From positions 28,112-92,111 of the forward strand of contig JAFGOA010000014.1 in NCBI GenBank assembly GCA_016926735.1: a stretch of DNA of 64,000 bases, read 5' to 3'. Of the stretch, positions 38,901 through 40,110 are shown one piece after another. Origin of the DNA: Promethearchaeota archaeon (GTDB taxonomy: Archaea > Asgardarchaeota > Lokiarchaeia > Sigyniarchaeales > SOKP01). The notes below the pieces were generated by a model, which did no database searches, was not told the DNA's origin, and worked only from the letters and a program-made list of their open reading frames with translations. The translations under genes were made by a program, and so were the position numbers. The stretch's first letter is position 1. The number at the start of each line of letters is the position of its first letter.

Positions 38901-40034
38901 ATAAAGCATACATTACAAATCATCGGAAAAACATTTGGTATTAATATCAAATTAGGGCGTTCATTAAGAAGAGGTGAATTTTTTTCCACAAATACTATCG
39001 AGAACATACTAATTTCTGTAAATCGGCTCTTTCTTAAAGATCTTGGATCGTTTATGGCAATCCCAGACGATCTCCTCTTTGGAGATAATGGAATCTTGAC
39101 GCAGAGGGAGATTGAATTATTGGATATATACAATCAATTATTCTCTGAGGTATTAAGCTACGCTGATCAGAGAGGACATGATTTATTTAGACCACAGCAA
39201 GATTATATAAGGAATCAATATGATATAGAAAAGTGGGCTGATGAAAGGGTTAAGGGATATCATGTGGTATTCCCTCTCTGTCAATTTCTTGGTTTTGATC
39301 CTCTCTTTTTTGAGGCTCTTAAACCAGATATTTTCCTAAAAAGAGAATTTGCTCGTCAGCATTTTAGAGATGATCCATTGAGAAAGACATCCAGTAGAGT
39401 ATCAGATATTCTCCTTACAAATAATATAAATCATGGGACGTATGAGCAATTTAGCGAGGGATTTATCGTTGCTGTAATGAATGCAATACTTTCTCTTATT
39501 CAGAGAGATTTGAGTCTCGGAGATATTACTGCTGAGGATTTAAGAGCTTCACTATGGGAATATATGGAGGATTATTTTGAGAACAGTGAAAATATACCAG
39601 AAAGAAAGGAAGGAGAAAAAATAGGTGAAGTGGAAGAACTTGTCGATTTAGTATGGGAAATATGGACATTTAATGAAAAAGAAGTATCTTTTGAAGACCA
39701 ATTAAAAGAGCTTAATATAAGAAGAAGAGATTATCTGAAATCAGGAGACTTTATGAAATTCTTATATGAGAAATATGGGATGGATTCAAACTCTCGATTT
39801 GTAAGAAACGCACGGGACTTTCACATCTTACTTAGAAATAAAGAAATAAGTGGTTCTACGAGGAATCTCTATCTTTCTCAAGCAGATTTTGACTATATGC
39901 AACTCATCTTTCCACAGAAAGGAAGTGTTCAAACAACGCTTTCCATGTATGTATATGTCTTTAGCAGACAACAATCAAGAGATCTCCAAATTGACTGGAT
40001 AAATCATTTAGAAAAGGTAATTTGGAAGATTTAA
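5913..40034 (+). CDS. Giant 11,373-aa membrane-anchored protein (dockerin, LamG-like domains, DxDxDG motifs, C-terminal hydrophobic helices and putative effector region); candidate polymorphic toxin or adhesin
   Basis: 34.1-kb uninterrupted ORF in AT-rich DNA. TM segments at aa ~178-245; dockerin at aa ~601-663; LamG motifs (FDGxxDYI, SLWVNP, WYHL, GLMDEI); hydrophobic helices at nt ~33390-36790; more basic, helical-looking final ~1080 aa. The ORF is solid; the function is inference. Confidence 0.85.
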   Translation: MEKYSDKSIVYNRVSYLFEKEDKKNLEDLSIDLRFKNSHLSIYMNELKDSEIDLRPFTNKRQIKNNPITISLDINPHKIKELHSIKVELFDLYDIISGYSITIPATEFAPFKKSIEINIPSIQQYLDKIKLIPIFKNPNPKYKLYYDGYYGSSQSKKQKQKQKQDQTSDISSDSSNVYTWSSIFLLLILSVILLFINTPYYPIPILSMILPIILFSKRDNHRKYFITAVLILLFLVCFPVIFTITPLTNVNSQKPHFAKVSYSSGQNTDDLNFDTLQYYNELEDLGKITINDIIILKSETSLSLAQSSQQIVILIAQNNTIINPKYYEKSFNFRSNYIQGPKKKTDILTIIDLKDYDLLPGEYRLTTFLSVNNFYGVQRSELLTYNISLGRDVLHIVGSDRYKELGKYGSVYTIDNQDSFTTFYEGRILNSAGIGVQLDNMELYLEKNNRYQKIATISTNNQGYFIYNYTTKGYFEVNSLAKIEFGGNELYNSLTQEEYAGLEQSIRGKRIFSDLNGDGYPEFPYTLEELINALNNANPIEILSFFTEFNEMSGAYVYDSILNYQGEVFGNVNLNIEGIRDSGARFDGLGDKIYTNSEFKMGDVNHDGKIDILDALITAQNYVGLNPEPFYPEQADVNGDNNIDILDSLQIAQYYVGLITEFPNSDPSEITYDNYDYINFGDILSSDLAYNDEFGLSLWINPSKFSSNLSEHGVKNCFFSKGENLEIGFNESGYLMVYLNTNNIETITYFGQENSIQKNLWNYIAIRFEMGDVDALIQDSWYLTDIYDSEPWINYVSLDLSGDLIIGAEINTFSCFGGIIDELKIYREAPLHSELEETIYSILRIDSATAYNFQDNNWQDITNGEIIDEYILFECNKSRDSLAIIEKVEFYLSNTPLDYNNIIIDQWKLIKEFHYDANNYKYMLDIRDIPDGDWYFIIKAIDNRNNEIFKTCEVLENDIYFTISNFQDNINFIYLGYNDKINYNSQIGLTIDPLFENYVESLDLFINFSGSVEKINLNPISFDKIIQNNYLISLNDISDWIEQMSLLPNEYDVSFIVKGYFDFNQFGEYEYTYNLSSTILDIKSPVISIIESGYSLEFGKTYTATDNNQITFGITSLEDDFKKVEIYYRYDKTSQQDEWIFYKTIIPQQIPFDISFNIANLKDDKIYLRFKIIDNLGNSRDLINENNWIEKDQNNHDFIVNGLDENAIYSLDSGNMIDIAPVIHPYDNDITKVIITTEYESFSLNNVYIDHNSIYFSDINEDIKLNAVFYTIFGNKITSIPIKVQLFQNNNLISSKIFSIIATGMYFSEIISISDVIINPEVNIPNNNINMRFTTSKKTYNNSYGIPYIVGSTSPNLQIYNDNNELVDIIDLNPNIDGYRSASYSNINIRNNYFEISYPTNLLYEEDICSIDKLIIGGIEYDFSQYFNNENIIIKLESQTILDGFYDNANPIKIIYSYVSSNKLNQYDGSYDFKTIPQGNYTFIGEFLDLSGKRSYYKIDNYKIDFQEPQIYRQFRNGISINPKSHPSLSFIILDASEIINYSFNQSLEGYWIKEGSLYTFYIDENINLPDGYYNIELSFEDANNFLSSIVFSIFIDTQAPKPKIIKNDYEYFKGLYHVYLEIEDDSICELYLDKVVDSQGIIFDKIIQSVIKKNDTAWDLVFDTSQLPDGVYNLTFIVIDQAGNMLNFNINDRVFDNTSPQVESIYRECEIENLLYFSEELSDTNYLSEQEYIFIKSVDKIFGKTNIVELYYTDPLEEHNLTIAEDLNLETLLYKVIGYSNPIIYDVGDIYNIQKITIGGIEVNDFSIIQKEGELFLKIGEEYRYLLTSSNANKITAQLYTINSNKLELVYNNLDQIWQLKSPNSDYFNISSHILISEGQTFLFWFELQDNLTNTFITKKYKGILDNELELTEEKSLFEWNFRTNPDNQGIMILGSPDPMYSIININHTLIEHDVFKVYIYGSENNIDFSLLGRAYFNGDNIWTLYWDYTHNSIIHTLPKDYYIQVVVLDRAYNSISQIESIKILDYQKLELVAEMTFGDILEYNPSIPHSIEEFSTKIKEFFGTADLWTIISEYYDTEYEEWIPLATETTQINIQGEYADYSITWDISEDIKFLDSMGSLNYEYLPMQITDIKATEIWGSWGVFNSFNQWQPLLLKNNSDYLDINIYSFDKSLGWILNTSLSTEIQIPYVDNSTFKLFDIDNDGIWEIIRFTKTSLDIIYLNNSVWNIKENVLDNQNNVYLTFDIIYDKICQSSTLLLVQQEGSFYTLYKYNLNSSFSIISQSTTQIIGNFIPTSINIVENFVFTDRKEIIVGGFYSHNFSSNLYIYNNENLEFKNCIFENILGVIDIIEYMMINGIPTIILGINQISIGNKDLVISLQYNYQLDDWIKYELSEIDEISFKIFDLMSINNNIIISANSGIFKAKIENNIDNKIVYNPSLIATETFTKSDLAPEFNPIIEVNHSPISEITKVLYKINDTWNILEKEKYYYSPFEVKLLLSDIWEFLGEIKIIYKYDSKSDEQKQKLDTTFEILHGSSNKEQISASSTFINEYPQPLLYLNPTTDYSSDNADWIELRHEWNERGINYRYTPIQSEYNVANFAQVYTPFSKNTILSIDENFQIDLSSNDDIGEIIAVKGIYYGGENQAYHYPIFDYELLGNDILSLKKCNTRSLYKKISIDYIPQIELVQLPQFNEFWFLPNTSRSLEEPYYVCNVMDDVNVYKDFIHQKGDNDYIIGYNEYGMYINFTNEINPIGIPKGSVYYAKNNTNYSTKISMKDYAIYPYEIIDKKDELIGGKLIITLKAGLNDILYAELSQMIHDSFDITISLYLLDSNKQRTFIHSIKKTLGSNIGFLLRNIEISLNENTLSNGELELLKQSVAIDSENDLLVSFETSLDNLKVNAEIIKGHYAQEIIDISFEPKILSSAQIYNGIPINQTYVNVPQDNIQLELINRSLYQFNSESLNYDYEITIQSLKAENLKIDENDYEFNEDEKTIRLQNEWTGYSGLITANITYKAFNWDRNKISTEPIIFNFNGNFINKTTQFLELEVSFDNKGVPGFESYAFDSEGRLSLNAESKDPNLIKSYFYNFRLKKWEKTEFIVYTKISGKEGNSLPIYSYVFDRTAITFEDYFNQVNENNFELQVIFIVECEIEAFYLSRISYNIQSINPKVYYSPPQNEVENTLEVQFDVDLTNYFNNPDIYINQIKITLDYLASLNLDNSEDFIQNALVQETHGVYVLNKYLEYQETNLEQNHLFLSKDDLKDIIIYNSEANLYYLRIKVSYSYSLLLYMNLGDILGEIRSSLQLLKYDLSLSFTHFKMERISAFNNNIPFELQEIIIPDYIQSGSQIFTQNNYLNNCIGIFNGFLKKSKTKQRLMLRQNLYYRVKDFGIDHQILLDQRYNDFQFQITKPVGALLSPSEIYISNEELFRVITSSDISKAELYVINDQEQDEYIGELTPSESEENIYEYNWQSIQQDTNSQTGDNIKIKIILTDLLQNTNSYGYSLLAKYELDKPEILICNGTENYEYTLTNPFTEIRFKNSENKLLAYWNFEEGWGNMVYDALEGTDGTLINMENVNWATGIIGNYSLYFDGINDYIRTNVNPNINFRTSDFSISLWVNPENVQSSTLFSSMGDVNISLQLINNQPYFEIIDNDGDFLSRSIDIQLEINQWYHLIFTWNGEEITAYIDRAINQTAQLGDGNLIGDLSTNAPIYIGGNENPINQYQGLMDEIMLFDFELNTDEIDYLFYRNEFQEVISESKWWEIENDNIEGGVITGENWQEGKVGEQSFQFNSHSNSPEINDFNIFDGQSTQTGNLESTKDNKGIDLTSTETSFNYDFSDNRRIWEYDQILWDEDFTVFDSSYMNYISNPNYGSLFEITNNLNMFNRFPTASTNINWNDWTDFNYNNYYTTSNWDQNGALSSELRQFNYDSAQGNDLIFTQNKGMWDNQCGLEDVGGDKATFSSTDLDLQDVERFSQDFENGDFTNISYPDFYNKNFAYDTNRIYLENQYPEIHSQEDWIDWSLDSNSQFSTSSWNPSTQKLNSDLRLRPSLSNPIYASSTNINKATDAFVHWDFAHQPGTGWWQNGFLFYNQIAKGLHPKANYDALAVYPDQPNLEEPKHGYTRKFEYSLEFEGDLYDDHVKTGMSIKDFAIGPFSICSWVYSNVPYNDHRWNTIIGEDSGGDFNLAQIDREGDGTFRVHIDGIIESTEIPCPRLPGWHLISLVFDGNNIKLYTNNVLRGTLPTSFSPENLSKGKIRIGGRSVLGESWDGYIDEVMIFRHALSDYDINWLYTYPTWESIIYQDKSKINEKDGIGLILEKTLDVQKLIPNGSRVFEYQGESGHTYDTQADNWWEDVDALYNQYGTWAGSSGPATVWTNEYVTAQIESGNINQYWERTDILLDISALLTPADEVGYFAIYDYSDSTYKQIFRITSNDGYDIYWDKFNRIQINSHDNSVIDPINSNGDMEFYFHNKAWDFWSLDSTVRVLMNQFLIFNYVRQIESEINFNFGDALDGENDYFLSFAGKCDAGTASLQVNDNNVLNIGSGSWTEETDIYLENPTSISINLDSYETNNIEIDYIFLKKAVPTDDYFAELKKETDFKGFLNRYDDYDIYDKNFEMNVEFEYRFNVNDELWSEASIAEFYLYDNYYNIFINDNQWHTLNDHIIFNSDSQPYLNMTFIIANGLLELRNMKYHVRFLCKESFQENCILQQSYIISEQVSDYLPPDTYATYRQDYGYFFIEIDYDFKTLDDGNNYRLYNTSNIYKFGIGIDILSDGVWLDTQWKHLSNNNYTGMLSFDVRSFLNNNSYLTFEAFNITIALAGLSSCEINRISLIERADEVHQKSEVDYYMTLSLFEHNYNNIYDTLEHLNITFNAYSNVTFSDGYSDAFKFDLLVYNVRHSQWESIVDVVKLLPKDGFWEAIDAEEYINSTGHISFQIKAHILYYFEYEIYLDQFRIECEWIRNGGFNYSTLSCEFTDTFLNIFDNEEGFDKLYNISINFDYNFSILNTQYDAYAKVIIDGNEIMLSSTEELNKQFMYSFIFDSTNHNSFDIIFNISNGRLSIPLLTDGGDFNFDINMRFECIQETSGNRKLQQIFDISLPDQLNNFKEFIRENGYLNVSLDYDLIILEDGIQFYNLYGRINNLEIIFWVKADGVWHNDTVIQADSNITNDLINYDIRAFLNANNLQKFEDLNITIVSSGQNNLTIHDIKFFDHRHRLPANIVTTIEFPVELLYVDYEFELIYEYDISNGLDGVFTKEEISIYNFITTQYEILTSTDDFTPLSFKLDNNYIDPIYNAIRINISYEYYGNEQEQFNLDLDVLQAVQYNHITFDIPTVFENPMGDVSFAGWVKLDSLSELSTLYGEFKENGDVMNYFGITGNGELFFDKIGLYDNNNVTSVPNIINLGEWTHIAIIQQGDYISFYKNGLKMGDTQIYMKTYSNFIPEIISIGSGYQLNSYFHNRFHGCIDDIRLYNFPLTSTEINFLYNMGNGQFGSLSRRVAQPRNFIPSEQYRIIDLKTGDESEWIDFHSQSIRNLHDLGSLPNEFQIEYMLIDYAGNTAITDVYNRNYKTIHHSRNSSITWIDETLDLNSGNPDERELIFEGSFGGANLDVLINGFRYGTASYNPILDQYSITFGIENDKSTLVAYSDPIMSPSIYSNVNPLNRISWNVNREDLFGVIKHILVDQDVKITNPLTTKATQKLYLAHLYDRGVILDDYMRIRDVYYINSTTNVSEHLLYGEYLINDLGVVSFPEYSKVYDLYNKIDEIKGKVLYFEYDTSQFSNMLHQDNADGFYIELSIPDLYYRHTTIEQLNIKFNDALGKCFAKTYYDLDLRKYFIGPDKDNYEEVIFGFGKMRTIPLYIDLQEISFSNPYAKFDLSMLESISIEIIDNKQFPSSLMQYEEGISLLNLPYQKIAIKTIKLYNSISDDLIEDDQGFIHSQIRLQAPNYFNVFVDDDFKIKREEINLTDISIYANQEKIVDFVDIEYSDNIEVYLRYNKSLSPIPLEDIYYIPLSLCNASSNEILRFSTIRWISSVDYLPASEFASKYYYTSFKVPDCLGTHNISFISSGTSLYKINIDNAPIIALNVTQEGLSESEPLYLEEDQYEVKYREDFMLKGCILDNDDVIVKDEVYDYWYQTAYDGETTHKLDIISPYGDKNFIDTTQVAVYYINEDSEKAPLYINMDNIYYLDNTIINSDKVPEIRYSNNQFNLNIYWNTSSINFIDYDTTLLVSYKIIKGQPISPLSYSKIDDLGHNMYSNLIEIPFVEYDLINKEWITKKSITDRFSIDKNLLYYETYQKNTNIEGPSYLVNGERINLDILSFEHAYVNKSNTLIPIELLPENYTYSIIDGTLHFEYLDFKQGDIVTIGYYAYHPIMLDYSLEEQNLEYIRLISQSNYSNYYEFTQSKYKISEDGFTLFLQSLGDIDFETSEFDIYDLIEVKYHASLTRRVDLSSSILLLVQDETGNYLPVDTIPIDSLGLFEYQKTFSIDSLPLPMNYGKTLVNMRIDYLPINIYDKTKESIQQIDYEFEGKKRYSIKESNDWNKEFRIYTIPRKVKLEMIEDPTQQMVVSQTFKENREYQLNQNPLETIEQGEEYSSLQIDALVKQDYDFTFKLTDFSENNPIENSIVWAHIGLIPKSETQFLNPKAITDSGLPIYYESLGTELFSSRGPGEGPNKMYGCPLIYDNDNTFFSYGPYYWDYRITNELGEVSFNISLDQDYLEDFKQNFGDSEDITSIEDVVLYIRVFSSYFNWQDMSIDHPEHYICSKQGDIFDGQSILENYDFTDLSLQDSTYAEGIIRLHKKDIALGIVDRLSYQLRENIPEYDDFSFNIYCTEAEPIPSSSSLSLSSLLQVYESKDLEATMTSILNENHSYILKAKFIDPQGNAVRNPYITEEKSYDFFFSIKNGFNSGKITIPNDTIAYIINALGLGMSTIQIQVLESAYYKFSPIITVPFDIQSENYLRFGEKNLKLDLIEPYISAWGNAYSNNEEMPFESNYPYLIGTLWVEPEIDGGNDLSIQDYIEMNIDCTIYNDDGTTSTFPLREGVMIRPGNHDGIMTFSIGLGPEDAFLMGLECDINLRFNIDYTKDQIYQDQRDIEIYLLDLRLESNPTSNNPTIYWSIYNDKFSSENIDIDITNGISEASGLLTLRDQEIFFIYSNDTKRYGLPSENELLSLKSQENIIPITVKGVKDGSEYEFRRDIDYIIPYIHSENLENASIIEFIEYPDEETEFSITYMFDFNYDSNYYGLISLGYSNTLNQSSINLKIPKSLLPESSKAKSPMFTRFTDRFIGTGIQSEFILDYSLDDTPIWNDDNFIIYNSREIESQNGNFNVDLYQGYPRLIFENAPPSDLEFKVMYGIKSGYNLGYGFQKIDKSYSDSIRLLYYGETPSSQIIDEMRKPLTSYNPNNNSLYIALDNSEKTRLELLSLPLLYAPEISLYFVFDEIILDLIEKYNELDKNNLKIEFKYTTNDGFYEFYSDPIFIDLDYNELYFDIENNAYTFSYQKDLQPIYDMVGTNNLDIEIKISELGDNVHIPYLILDSFEYLTDERIIETYNNIPLDNKGDMDIDSIINTNHYYQIFSTDLITEYNLLSNSEVTVGLKDLQDTELVSLQKTENEEFNFLYYGDERTISLDDSSYIPNLGMFINTYESNEIGYQDGFLDLYYGSGTEIDGEKYYDKDIYMEYGTYAVADYYSRVVDYTSISWEDCYEFTDKFLTTDNIDVSGEVFYHQLFSLNSDINNSAVMNSIFPEYDNIYFGIELARDLDISRIGAVGKPYYYAIGAQGFPIGEYRELYCNVIANGDQIYNPTPSQFVIEKESEYRLAYDENNTAYLLFFIPLYELSTFTDINDYIMVDFWANAEFTYGKDYYIHENPENSYISELEFDFSYSSVYSYNVHPDFKNNNHFNIKYYALEWENANEHYIMDSSDSFTFQEKEKYNISILYSNAKNSDKFSVQYLVPEGQYMKGSELFTTIYTLMQNSNNEEKLIQINIGDNNNLILQEAPNSYNYTINIDEIESYVNLIYGIPYRIIEDSYVYVLAEFNSTMLKYSMSHTPFNYKYVDPSKGDYHIELIIDGESIAFSNQILFHEYIKEIKENYIYFNNKERGQIGYISPQSEITLKYKFKLQPGILERKHFLILSYPYSNIFNTEMGLTTSSDTKYRETYRKLSGGSIISPFDYSISIDDTYSLYLSYRLNQRDYYEQKFTIQAQNYVSWENGYIYKFIPDDLRENGYIEVLKTDDNINSVNVYYFDNFGHMKFLDKTHYNLDFSTGRILIENDGNELVGPSLLKKEFYVSFLSNPNDKELASYQFSYDSTKDIVETLDVNYWDIIGIDDIDIIPNLDAYYYINEQKSTLTNTVCLASQISTYLKDGTELEFDISAELEQSNSELLSAIHEGKYSVLHVDAHIDNLESVKKLIIELYDNFGSVIHTHSIVKEEIEMYDNDLRIELPDGPNSLQTIRIIPIFRDDNEYSSNNDIGISQIQATKWDNALVSINEDGIEYMDVTLQYDLKTDLSTSGYELAYIFNDKLEYLELPENISIAYDTLTDENGNILSYHLKIPSVYIHPKTKETTKFHHDDIIVIRYNSPIKRGITLTVGKMYFENNIHQDLEKAEIMFVNADSQNSYSQFTEDYYYSVPLQVTPFETEYSGRFKAIKIELNFSDLFKQQNANTLDFSDIVVSVPHPNYELTINEIVLLKDSQITAESGDVDSRVWQYCEIEMFEASETPENDVYQLQLDELPLFYPNTEWIEYLSIYDENGNYYTAGLTGDQYQLHYDGTSNEFRWNPSFNQYPSYFGMEFEETLIIEPNTTLYFQYCTNDSWNTPIRIEQENIALNSIRVVYDYNYLLKPEYYEWYRDYFNPTHSYENIAYSFQDSVEYEVVQYYHESFTIYEGVNQYEYQFDTDDYNFQDDFIDCNLYQVIGLTPTFESEVLTDNPDYLIEFYPSNNSVLILNINNENLNKFDLITIVLNYKYGPISSYTEIHLLDVFNQTYLENPRDSFDNHLSIDFSFISTSGNIIFTQSANVITSDITSFIPISYTTNLDICDDNNHLLNYNSELYDHFELYTDQSSIIYEADVDLNGEPEYKHIIDIDKDGIIDVIKYGIQDAENAGQILWHTVIQNYNGFETKITREKGDDLETKWFDVDDKAFSHYDFNIWKLVGMVLFMPLLLQGLFSMISPSSDYWAQKKEQTMITKEEAVNHKFYSITLDKDYDGLADQQIVYERNEAILSYKVETFEKTLLVAKNKGNGLIHQPLENISINKYNDLVFNDELTEDLLDSGDFTNSNHYILANEDILRASYRKFTENSSTFYQDSYSQEKITITDYRDGEISEQRIYLDDFRSNEIDEIEPYFTSFIQSQQITNIETGEQTTISFDPQLPFTDPIDISWEGETWGIDNVPIKLDSLQVLGENSYSSNRFEKDIYLTIPNRFSLYNDYGKISKDSVVNNGYAQFKASGVLITTTDDKVYYTGDIDSFIDGSAKTEGKYFYHDSNQDGFYETVYILSANPTEAEDGLPIYDVISIAFNYDGVHDVAPYGQIYKSEITKTDLNDLSSDKLKMGDWIYSYGNIRSEKLLFPEENEIWEKYKPKDHIFELYKLVDISQNPKFSELFYEIRHKTYSDAWEIYKDQLSADIIEQVFTTTTASVIAGIVEAIMTASIILAPFAHGAGILTYFGVYTLMTKYFIDLKVHRSNSILKSQTFYPTDKDKKTPTSLNERMWMDRILKDSMASALIGHPGGYYRTLSGGISGEKYTAEILVSPPNGDRIFNSMSGFLDLLWENFWDMGESNPDVYTALDFDDLNLDYFLLTNDLFALNGRTDKKEYSFSLQNYNNGIYNEYRQTTLGALQNMVSIESQNGLNTIRATCVNGRPEYEFINKDSIQFNSILPLSALSKPIILSKERYLQINPLKGHLTIDVQCVGDPNTLGICAYDMNSIENQFYKSKICINEESFDYPISTIYIDIIQEDVENGVQYLAQGIDINSSEFLLDDGNIYFTRPIDTILTEKYNPLKNLLNNRILVGNSDSKLYYKVHILFDVVVEDTTELTSRLALAQATQYAVMDYFSQYTFAEVSANMISEIAYTETLTFWSTVISAPASYFASTAVSATLLHVFSQAGSQLAKSALTSIITSFKTNIIKTMFNALTIAPIREVFEEIILDGFIESLSEGFVDFIGGTDDMAFWLSSIGTSARETVGPVGTLIRGGDKNIKTQLSLMKAHKAGDINAILEIEQRIAQEHEQKMQSEAQKEQQKSTWKRLLSSKLFNLLILAMPTMFISPLALGTLNLMINSIGGDSSKQNSNVYGKIKSRFQAFKTNRIPRISYDVDPSLSAESVFLRNIEKQMKKPTELDSVDLYSIFRGLQEVEINDPALTILFPEINPNPKNIEKEVLVNKFNEIRITNWIQEITSDYRFREFKGKFEDIKQNTKNLGFEKRSEKIIQQIKSIVKEKYPSNLRFIDAIGIERYDPNFILVGKMVHEAKRDLFIKDYRGAKSYVPKISENTISKMTTIEVIDYLNEHYYGFDKNINLIMMMLDGTLIPDYVNLADWLETHGYTINDDIIILPQNLPSDGKELFSKGNWEKGTPSPYYPSLEKLYTEVGYLFERAGLIRALYREGVSFNEIIYDLSLYIYGDSEVIPQTRIARYKNGQHFIPQPNMYYQFLFDFIAKLEQSLDKETAEIYINELKSIFDKYGFSIFGGRYDNPFYNDARFISYKIAYILWQNRIVSSNSIEGLSGNFFPEEYKLTRFYSRLDRNVVKAYTPSDHPRNSMGYAIDNLRGHIIQAMNTKQADLDGNILTNKRKSEILAEINNLLNNYDAKTQSYWKWYKMLTKGDKDNKYNRDKYDFTDLILEIIFSNELLPQIGLMKDMINLLFGGVSAVSIKTIFGDAEKISIRTLLKMKFIVSKWTIHDFEILESKIALDKDHLIQTKDIILNVLENFIRERGYLEKEVIKYGRIFTQKDLILEYSLINELYNYLAEIQYLQQKNTLKQPLISDIKIKHTLQIIGKTFGINIKLGRSLRRGEFFSTNTIENILISVNRLFLKDLGSFMAIPDDLLFGDNGILTQREIELLDIYNQLFSEVLSYADQRGHDLFRPQQDYIRNQYDIEKWADERVKGYHVVFPLCQFLGFDPLFFEALKPDIFLKREFARQHFRDDPLRKTSSRVSDILLTNNINHGTYEQFSEGFIVAVMNAILSLIQRDLSLGDITAEDLRASLWEYMEDYFENSENIPERKEGEKIGEVEELVDLVWEIWTFNEKEVSFEDQLKELNIRRRDYLKSGDFMKFLYEKYGMDSNSRFVRNARDFHILLRNKEISGSTRNLYLSQADFDYMQLIFPQKGSVQTTLSMYVYVFSRQQSRDLQIDWINHLEKVIWKI
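7713..7901 (+). other. Dockerin type I-like domain within the giant protein
   Basis: Duplicated Ca-binding repeat GDVNHDGKIDILDALITAQNYVGL ... ADVNGDNNIDILDSLQIAQYYVGL. Confidence 0.9.
16545..17160 (+). other. Intact LamG/concanavalin-like jelly-roll domain within the giant protein
   Basis: LLAYWNFEEGWGN...LYFDGINDYI...FSISLWVNP...WYHLIFTWNG...YIGG...GLMDEIMLFDFEL. Confidence 0.85.
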
Positions 40035-40110
40035 TAAATCTTCTGCCCCATAACATTAAAATATTTGAAAAATTATATAAAATACGAATGCATATGAAGA
40101 GGAATAATAT

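Noticed and set aside
7316-39133. Many 60-95 aa ORFs nested in or antisense to the giant gene
   Set aside because: Expected by chance within a 34-kb ORF; no motifs. The same applies to short ORFs overlapping the LRR, cbf5, thiL, ABC and polC genes.
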